Shown: positions 56,732 to 64,000 of the stretch, in pieces
How the letters are laid out: each line of letters opens with the position of its first letter
Numbering within the stretch: the stretch's first letter is position 1
Origin: an uncultured virus (IMG/VR IMGVR_UViG_3300016467_000405)
Taxonomy: Duplodnaviria > Heunggongvirae > Uroviricota > Caudoviricetes
Direction: 5' to 3' (one strand)
Length of the DNA: 64,000 bases
IMG/VR virus record: IMGVR_UViG_3300016467_000405
The notes under the pieces: generated by a model
What the model saw: only the letters and a program-made list of their open reading frames with translations
Told to the model about the DNA's origin: nothing
The model's database searches: none
Position numbers and translations under genes: made by a program

Positions 56732-59700
56732 GCGAAGCAAAGTACCAATACTTTTGCACAAAATGCGGTACGGAGAGAGACAGTTTGCTAGATCATCCCG
56801 CTATAGGGATTGGTGGTTATTCATGGAATTGTCCACGCTGTAATGGTCCTGTTGATTCTCGCGAGGTTGTTATGAGCGAAGCACCGAAGAAGATTTGGTA
56901 TGACTCTGATCTGGCCCGACTCGTAAACGAACGAGGACTTGAAAATGACATCCCATACATCCGCGCCGACATTGTTGATGAGTTGGTGGAGGCGTTGGAG
57001 CACATCGAAGAATACTGGAATAGAGATTCAAACATTTCAGCTATGTCCGATGCGCTCTGGCACATCATCGAAGTAGCACAAGCCGCACTCGCAAAGCTGG
57101 AGGAGAGCCATGATTAAGTTAGGCCCTATTGTCATTTACACGGGCGAATACCTGAATGGTTGGCGAATGGTCGGGGTTGGATGGCGGGTAACGTGGTTCT
57201 TTGGTTTTAGCGTGAATGAAAAGCTGTTGAAAGATGACGTACTAGAGGAGAGCCATGAGTGAAGGATTTATGTTACTCCAACAGCGCAAAACTGTTGGCT
57301 ACATGGCTCTGTGGGATGGTTTCAAAATATCCGCTTACAAGAAACCGAGTTGGTTCTATTTAGCTATGATGCAGTGTTGCTTTGGGTGGAAGTGGGAGGA
57401 GAGCCATGACTGACAAAGAACTTATAGAACTCGCGGCGAAAGCGGCGGGGATTGATATTAAGTGGAAAGAATGGGTGACTGACAAAGAATGGAACCCCCT
57501 AACCGATGACGGTGACGCGCTGAGGTTGGCGGTGAAGTTGAATCTTGGCGTTAATGTTACTAGTGGGTTGAAGTGGACCACTATTACCTTCTTTGGTCCG
57601 CAGCATGACATGCCATACATAGAAGAAAAACATGGTGATGACCCATACGCAGCAACCCGACGCGCTATTGTCAGAGCCGCCGCTGAAATTGGGAGGACGT
57701 TATGACTGACAAAATAATAATCCACTGTGACGAATGTGATTCGACTGATGTTTTACACGAAGAAGTTCAGTCAGCACCGAAAGAAGTCCACAAGACAATG
57801 AGTGATGTGATTGCATCCAATTCAAGAGCGTTAATTTCTAATGGTCTGTATGTATACCGTACCTACAGACTCGTCTGTAAAGAGTGTGGGTTGATTAAGA
57901 AATATCAGGTGTAGCAATGACTAAAAAAGCGCGTGAGTTGTTGGAACGAGTGCTGGCTGGCATGGATAGGTATGGAGACATTTACCCAGAAACGCTTGAA
58001 GAAATCCGCGCCTATCTCGCAGAGCCAGAGGTGAAGCGAGAGGCGTTGAGTGAGGATGAAGTAAAAAACTATCTTTGTCGCATACCGTGGATGGAATCTT
58101 TGGAAAGGGTTGCATTTAAGTATGGTGTCCGCTTCGCAGAAAAGCACCACGGGATTGGAGGTGGGGATGAGTAGGGAAAGAGAGCTATTGAGGCGACTTT
58201 TGAGTAATTGGGAACATCCATGCTCAGGACGTTTTGGAGATTTGTTTGATGAAGTGCGTGAACTCCTCTCCACCTCAGAGCCAGAGCAGGATGAACCTGT
58301 CGGAAATTCCGACACGTTGTTAGAGCAGGATGATGCGCCTGTGGCTTATCTGTATGACTTGGATGCTTACTGCGATCACCGACCGGAACAGGACGTTTTG
58401 ACTAAAAAAATACCGAAAGGTATTCCGTCAGAGTACCTCAAGAATGTAAGGCCGCTCCATATTCACCCCGCCCCACGGGAGCCTTTTGTGCGGTTGAGTG
58501 AGGAGGAGATCAGCGAAATAGGGGCAAGCATTCCGCCAAAGATGGATCTAGCGGAAGCAAAAAAGAAATTTGCCCGAGCCATTGAGGATGCGTTGGAGGA
58601 AAAGAATAAATGAAAGACGTAAATGATTGGGTAGCTCAGCCACACCCGGAAGATATAAAGCGTATGGAGGAGAGAAGTTTTGTGCGGTTGAGTGAGGAGG
58701 AAGTAAACAACCTGACCTACGCTCCGCTGGAGCCGTATGAACTGATCTGTGCAGTGGAGAACCTACTAGCAAGAAAGAACAATGGATGAAGAACTGGAAC
58801 GGTGGAAAGCCGAGCGTGAGGCAGAGGTAGAGCACCTCAATGCTGAGATATGCAAAGCCGAGTCTTACCTGCGGTGCTTACGCCAGCTCAAGGATGCGGC
58901 AATGATGTGTAGCTACCCGCGAATGAGAATGAAGGTGGAAAACGATGACCGATGACTGGGTTGAGGCCGAGGAGGAAATGAGTAGCGAGTTTTGGTACGA
59001 CACACCCAAGGAGGTGAGGGATAAAATCCGCGCATCAAAACTGGGTAATCGGAACAGGTGGAGGGAGGATCTCACACCGAAGTATGAGGAAGTGAAGAAG
59101 CTGGTGGCTGATGGCGTGCAGGTGTCCTGTGCTTGCGAGGCTGTAGGGATCACACGAGATCAGTATTACCGTAGGCGGAGGATCGAGATGAACGGGAGGG
59201 ACAGGGTATGAGCAAATACGCTGAGGGAAACTACCTCATCATTGGGTTCGACCCGATGGGTACGAAGCTGTTCACTAAGCTGGCCGCAAGTCAGAACCAT
59301 CTGGGTGCGATTGATGAAGGCGAACAGGCGATTCAGGATCAGGTCTGTGCAAGCTACGTCACGCTGAGAGTTCAGCACAATTCAAAGACGGTGGAACAAC
59401 AACTGTGGGAGAAGAGGAATGACTAGACATAAGCACGCTGATGTAATCATCGCTTGGGCGAATGGTGAGGATGTTGAGCAGAGAAATCTGGATTCAGATC
59501 GTTGGTTTCCTGTGAAAGCGGAACACCCTATATGGTACGCACATGCCGAATACCGCATCAAACCCAAGATCGTGAAGAAGCAAGCAAATGTAGCGGTCTA
59601 CAAACTTAAGGATGGAAGCTATAAAGTCCAGCTTCTCTTCTTTGGTGATATGCACTTCACAATCGAAGGATCTACGATGGTAACTAGGCAACCCATCGAG

Positions 59701-60090
59701 TGGGAGGAAGAAGTATGAACGAAGAAACCATAGACGCCTGCATTAAAGAGCTGGTCCAGATCAGAAGAGGGCTGAACTTACTGGCTGACCAGAAGATCAT
59801 GAATACCGGGAAGGGTGACTTCTTTATGGATGGTCAGGTGAACGGGCTCAACATAGCGATTGCTGCGTTGGAAGATTTTAAATTGGGAGAAGATGATGTT
59901 TGACGAGACCTGCAAATGGATCAGGACTAAAGATCTGGTCTGGGATACGCAGTGCAAACATCAAGTAGGGACACCGCGTAAGTGGGAACCCATCGAAGGC
60001 ATGGCCTGCATCTGCTGTAAGAAACCTGTGGAGGTGATGAGTGACGCCGGAAGCGAAAGTAAAGAAAGACATCAGGAAAATCCTAGATGA
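56728..60090 (+). other. Array of small coupled hypothetical ORFs (including unlisted 57110-57262, 57255-57413 and 58610-58789)
   Basis: Continuous ATGA/RBS-coupled ORFs with shared junction and internal repeats. Confidence 0.65.
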
Positions 60091-60343
60091 GTACGGTGCT
60101 TGGCACTGTATGCCTATGGGTACTGGCTACGGTAGGAGCGGGGTCCCTGATCTGCTTGCTTGTTATCTCGGAAACTTCATTGCCATCGAAGCAAAGGCAG
60201 GGGACAATAAGCCCACCGCACTGCAAGTGCGAGAACTCGAACGAATCAAAAAAACCGGAGGCTACGCCTTGTTGGTCAACGAGTCCAACATTGATTACCT
60301 AAGGCAACTTTTAGAGAAGATTAGGCAATGCCCACAATCATAA
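60041..60343 (+). CDS. VRR-NUC / Holliday-junction-resolvase-like nuclease
   Basis: E.KV...G.GRSGVPDL.......FIAIEAK......TALQ. Confidence 0.85.
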   Translation: MTPEAKVKKDIRKILDEYGAWHCMPMGTGYGRSGVPDLLACYLGNFIAIEAKAGDNKPTALQVRELERIKKTGGYALLVNESNIDYLRQLLEKIRQCPQS

Positions 60344-62169
60344 CTTGTGATATCGAGTCGTTTTACGACCGGGATTATTCCCTATCCAAACTGGCCACGG
60401 AAGGCTACGTTAACGACAAGCGGTTTGAAGTGATCGGTGTTGGGGCGAAGGTGAATGGAGGAGAGACTCAGACCTTTACGGGCCCCCGTAAGCAGACTGC
60501 TGAATGGTTGGACCGATTCAATTGGGAGGACGCCTATGTCCTCTGCCATAACACCCTGTTCGATGCCACGATTCTTTCGTGGAAGTTTGGAATCAAACCC
60601 AAGATGTGGCTGGACACCCTGTCCATGGCCCGCGCTCTGCACGGTACGGAAGTCGGCGGATCGCTCAAGGCTCTGGCTGAATACTATGGTGTCGGTGAAA
60701 AAGGCACCGAGGTAATGAACGCGCTGGGTAAGCGCCGCATGCAGTTCAGGGAACCCGAGCTCGAAGCGTACATGCTGTACTGCAAGAATGACGTAGACCT
60801 GACCTACGAGATATTTAAACGGATGGCCCCCGCCTTTAATAAGGAGGAGATTAAGTTAATCGATATGACGATTCGCATGCATACGGAACCTAAGATGCTG
60901 CTGGATCAACAGGTGTTGAAGGACCACCTGTACAACGTGCGGGCGAAGAAGGAAGAGTTGATGGCGAAGATCGCCACGGATAAATCCGAGCTCATGTCCA
61001 ATCCGAAGTTCGCCGAGGCTCTTATAGCACTAGGTGTTACACCTCCGATGAAGACTTCTCTGCGCACGGGTAAGGAGACTTATGCCTTTGCCAAGTCGGA
61101 TGAGGAAATGAAGGCATTACTGGAACACCCGAACCCTGAGGTGCAAGCTCTGGTGGCGGCAAGGATCGGTGTGAAGTCTACGCTGGAAGAGACCCGCACT
61201 CAGCGGTTCATTGATATGGCTGACAGGTTCGGCAAGCTCCCGGTTCCTCTCAAGTACTATGGCGCGATGACAGGGCGTTGGGCGGCTACGGATGGAACCA
61301 ATCTTCAGAATATTCCCAGAGGTTCCGTACTCAAGGAAGCGATCACTGCACCCGAAGGGTGGAAGATTGTCGGCGCCGACTTGTCCAATATCGAACTTCG
61401 TGTGGGCCTGTACTTTGCAGGTCAGATGGACAAGCTGAATCTTCTGGCTAATGGTGTGGATCTTTATAAAGACTTCGCATCTGCTGTGTTCGGTGTGGGG
61501 TATGACGAGGTGGACGATGATCAAAGATTTATCGGGAAAACCTCGCAGTTGAGCCTTATTTACGGTACGGGGCCCGGCAAGCTTCGGAACGCAATCAAGA
61601 TGATGTCAGGTAAAGACATCGGTGAGGCGGAAGCCAAGCGTATCGTAGACATCTACCGTAGGGACTACTCGCGTGTGAAGGAGTCTTGGTATGAGGGCGA
61701 TAAGATGCTCTACGCCATGCGGGATAATACAGCCGCTGTGTTTGGCGAAGCGATCCCCCTGCCTGTACTGGGTGCTGCTGGCATTCAGCTTCCTTCAGGT
61801 TTGTTCCTTAAATACCCGGATCTCAAGCAGCATGTGAATGAGATGCAGAGGAAAGAGTGGAGCTACGCGCAGCGCAAGGAGAGGGTGCGTATCCATGGCC
61901 CCAAGTGTTTTCAGAACACGATTCAGGCGTTGGCTCGGTGCGTAATGGGTGAGTCGATGGTGCGTATTGCCAAGAGACTGCCTGTAGCTTTAACAATTCA
62001 CGATGCGGTGTACTGCATGGTGCCGGATCAGATTGTGGACAAAGCTAAGAAGTTCATCGTACAGGAGCTGAAGCGCCCACCCGAGTGGGCCACTGAACTA
62101 CCTCTCGACGCCGAGGTAGGAGCGGGGCAAAGCCTTGCATTCAAGATGAAGAAACTGGAGGGAGTATGA
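60328..62169 (+). CDS. polA: Family A DNA polymerase (3'-5' exonuclease + polymerase)
   Basis: ExoI DIES, ExoII HNTLFD, ExoIII YCKND, TGRW...NLQN, motif A DLSNIELR, motif B RFIGKTSQLSLIYG, motif C IHDA. Confidence 0.95.
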   Translation: MPTIITCDIESFYDRDYSLSKLATEGYVNDKRFEVIGVGAKVNGGETQTFTGPRKQTAEWLDRFNWEDAYVLCHNTLFDATILSWKFGIKPKMWLDTLSMARALHGTEVGGSLKALAEYYGVGEKGTEVMNALGKRRMQFREPELEAYMLYCKNDVDLTYEIFKRMAPAFNKEEIKLIDMTIRMHTEPKMLLDQQVLKDHLYNVRAKKEELMAKIATDKSELMSNPKFAEALIALGVTPPMKTSLRTGKETYAFAKSDEEMKALLEHPNPEVQALVAARIGVKSTLEETRTQRFIDMADRFGKLPVPLKYYGAMTGRWAATDGTNLQNIPRGSVLKEAITAPEGWKIVGADLSNIELRVGLYFAGQMDKLNLLANGVDLYKDFASAVFGVGYDEVDDDQRFIGKTSQLSLIYGTGPGKLRNAIKMMSGKDIGEAEAKRIVDIYRRDYSRVKESWYEGDKMLYAMRDNTAAVFGEAIPLPVLGAAGIQLPSGLFLKYPDLKQHVNEMQRKEWSYAQRKERVRIHGPKCFQNTIQALARCVMGESMVRIAKRLPVALTIHDAVYCMVPDQIVDKAKKFIVQELKRPPEWATELPLDAEVGAGQSLAFKMKKLEGV

Positions 62170-62588
62170 CCAGACCTTTGTACGAGAAGAAAGAACACCG
62201 TGAGGCCGCCTACAAGGCGGCTATGGAGATTGAAGATAAGACAAACGCCAAGGTAGAGATGGGTCCGCCTATGGCGCACTGGGACTTCATTATTCATGCA
62301 AAGAACAAACCTGTAGCGATTGCCGATTTCAAGGAGCGGTACAACACGCACGACAAGTACAAGACCTACTTCGTTTCTGAGAAGCGGGTGAAGAACCTGC
62401 TGAACGAAGCGGTGGAACGTAACCTTAAACCTGTTCTGTTCGTGCGGTGGACTGATGGCCTTCGGTGGTTACAGATTGCTCCCAATGCGCATGTTGACCG
62501 CACCATAGGTGGAAGGTACGACCGGGGTGATTCGGCGGATGTGGAGTATATGCTTCACTATTGGTCAAAAGATTTCCAGAGCGTATAA
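62166..62588 (+). CDS. PD-(D/E)XK-like nuclease
   Basis: WDF......AIADFK.R...V.WTDG...GGR.DRGD..D.E. Confidence 0.55.
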   Translation: MTRPLYEKKEHREAAYKAAMEIEDKTNAKVEMGPPMAHWDFIIHAKNKPVAIADFKERYNTHDKYKTYFVSEKRVKNLLNEAVERNLKPVLFVRWTDGLRWLQIAPNAHVDRTIGGRYDRGDSADVEYMLHYWSKDFQSV

Positions 62589-62616
62589 TAAGGCTTTCCA
62601 TCTTCAAGGATGAGTT

Positions 62617-63294
62617 ATGAGCCGGACGCCCGGACCATGGAGCTATAGCTCCCTCAAGCTGTTTGAGCAATGCCCTCGACGCTACCAAGCGGAGAAGGTC
62701 ACCAAGGAAGTGCCGTTCACACAAAACGAAGCTGCCCTGTACGGTGAGCAACTGCACAAGGCCGCGGAAGAATATATCCGTGATGGCAAGCCTATCGACC
62801 CGAGGTTTGATTTCATCAAGCCTTATCTGGATAAGCTCAATGCCATTGAAGGTGTGAAGTTTTGTGAGATGAAGTTGGGGGTGAAACGTGTGGAAGGACG
62901 ATTGGCTCCTTGTGACTTTTTCGATTCCGATGTTTGGTTTCGTGGCGTGGCAGATTTGGTTATCCTCGATGGGGACCGGGCTTGGGTAGTGGACTATAAG
63001 TCAGGTAAAAGCGCCAAGTATGCAGATACCCGGCAGCTTGCCTTGATGGCGGCGGCATTGTTCTTGAAGTATCCTGAGATCAAAAAGATCAAAACTTCTT
63101 TGCTGTTCGTAGTGTCCAAGGAGTTTGTTAAGGAAGACTTTCAGAAAGAGTTCGGCCTTAGCGTGTTCTCTGAACTGAATGGCCTGTTGACCGCAAGGGA
63201 TACAGCCTATGAAACGGATGTATGGAACCCAAGACCTAACGGTCTGTGCCGTAAGTGGTGCCCCGTTAAATCCTGCGCGCATTGTGGAGAATGA
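62617..63294 (+). CDS. RecB/Cas4-like PD-(D/E)XK exonuclease
   Basis: WSYSSL..FEQCP, G..LH, RG.AD, VDYKSG, QL, C..WCP...C. Confidence 0.9.
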   Translation: MSRTPGPWSYSSLKLFEQCPRRYQAEKVTKEVPFTQNEAALYGEQLHKAAEEYIRDGKPIDPRFDFIKPYLDKLNAIEGVKFCEMKLGVKRVEGRLAPCDFFDSDVWFRGVADLVILDGDRAWVVDYKSGKSAKYADTRQLALMAAALFLKYPEIKKIKTSLLFVVSKEFVKEDFQKEFGLSVFSELNGLLTARDTAYETDVWNPRPNGLCRKWCPVKSCAHCGE

Positions 63295-63572
63295 TGATGC
63301 CTAGAGTACCACCCGAGAAACGGGATTACGCACATGAACGTGCGTTGGAAAAGAAGAAGCCCGGTGCTTTTGAAGCACGGATGGAACGTCAGCGCGCACG
63401 CAGGGCGCTGGATAAGAAGGGTGTGGATCGTACTGGCAAGGACGTAGCCCATGTGAAATCTCTTGCTCATGGTGGCAGCAACGCAGATGGCGTGAAGCTG
63501 GAAAGCCCGAAGAAGAACAGGACCTTTGCTCGACTGTCGAGCGGTAAACCTAAAGCGAAGTACGACAAGTGA
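63291..63572 (+). CDS. Small HNH-like protein
   Basis: GKDVAHVKSL..GGSN........KKNR. Confidence 0.6.
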   Translation: MMMPRVPPEKRDYAHERALEKKKPGAFEARMERQRARRALDKKGVDRTGKDVAHVKSLAHGGSNADGVKLESPKKNRTFARLSSGKPKAKYDK

Positions 63573-63799
63573 TTTTAAAAACCCGAGCGATCAGGGATCT
63601 TGCCCGAGAGTGTGGCTTGCCTGATCATGTGATTGACCAGTACTTTGATGAGCTTACTCGGTTCGTCTGGCGCATTGCCAAGAAAGAGCGTAACTTCTGC
63701 CAGACCAAAATTCGCGGCTGGGTGTTTAATCAGGACATCGGCAAGCCGCCGATCCTTGAGGTATTGAAAGATGAGGAGGAAGAGTACGAGTTACTCTAA
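63569..63799 (+). CDS. Hypothetical protein
   Basis: Coupled ORF (GTGA overlap). Confidence 0.55.
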   Translation: MILKTRAIRDLARECGLPDHVIDQYFDELTRFVWRIAKKERNFCQTKIRGWVFNQDIGKPPILEVLKDEEEEYELL

Positions 63800-63856
63800 A
63801 TAATTTGATTGGTTTATGGAAGTCGCGCCCCCTAAGGGCACAGTAAAGGAGAATAT

Positions 63857-64000
63857 ATGGAGATCGTACAAAACCGTGCGGTGCTCGTGAACACGCGCAA
63901 ACCACACTTGATAACAGAAGTAGTTGAGAAGGCTACCGTAGTCAAACAAGTCCCGCTGCCCAATGGGCAGGTGGGATCTACCGTAGCTGTGCCATGGACT
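63857..64000 (+). CDS. 5' fragment of a gene, probably an SNF2-type helicase
   Basis: AAGGAG RBS; MEIVQNRAVLVNTR...VAVPW runs off the window. The call rests on N-terminal resemblance and synteny only. Confidence 0.4.
   Translation, partial: MEIVQNRAVLVNTRKPHLITEVVEKATVVKQVPLPNGQVGSTVAVPWT

Noticed and set aside
57100..57409. Regularly spaced 14-bp repeats as a CRISPR array
   Set aside because: The repeats are too short, the spacers are ~130 nt and encode ORFs, and there is no cas operon. The Cas4-like gene is an ordinary phage exonuclease.
1..64000. Alternative genetic code or stop-codon reassignment
   Set aside because: Core genes are full length under the standard code, and all three stop codons terminate genes.

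Overview
This window is most of the genome of a tailed dsDNA bacteriophage with podovirus-like organisation, probably circularly permuted: it opens inside a C5 DNA methyltransferase and ends inside a probable helicase. There are two transcription blocks. The + strand carries early and replication genes (46992-64000, continuing 1-5303): Gp88-like Cys-rich protein, pyrimidine-dimer glycosylase-like protein, DUF932, many small ORFs, ThyX, VRR-NUC, family A DNA polymerase, PD-(D/E)XK nucleases, C5-MTase, HTH, SSB-like protein and a primase/DUF927 helicase. The - strand carries packaging and virion genes (45956 down to 5383): terminase, portal, GroES, scaffold, capsid, small basic proteins, adaptors, tail fibres, holin/M15 endolysin, nozzle, internal/ejection proteins and a 2208-aa polyvalent protein. 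The blocks diverge from a ~1 kb non-coding region containing inverted IHF-consensus sites and converge on a hairpin at ~5350. No integrase, CRISPR array, tRNA or reverse transcriptase was seen. The most notable observations are: a x-x-x-GG signature shared by at least 8 late proteins; enzyme genes (cupin, GNAT-like) interleaved one-to-one with ejection-protein genes; a pseudoknot-like RNA element upstream of a putative decoration gene; a repeat-flanked ART module in the polyvalent protein; a dual-coding MTase region; and a mini-gene array joined by an identical 14-bp junction. All product calls come from motif recognition by eye; no database search was run.
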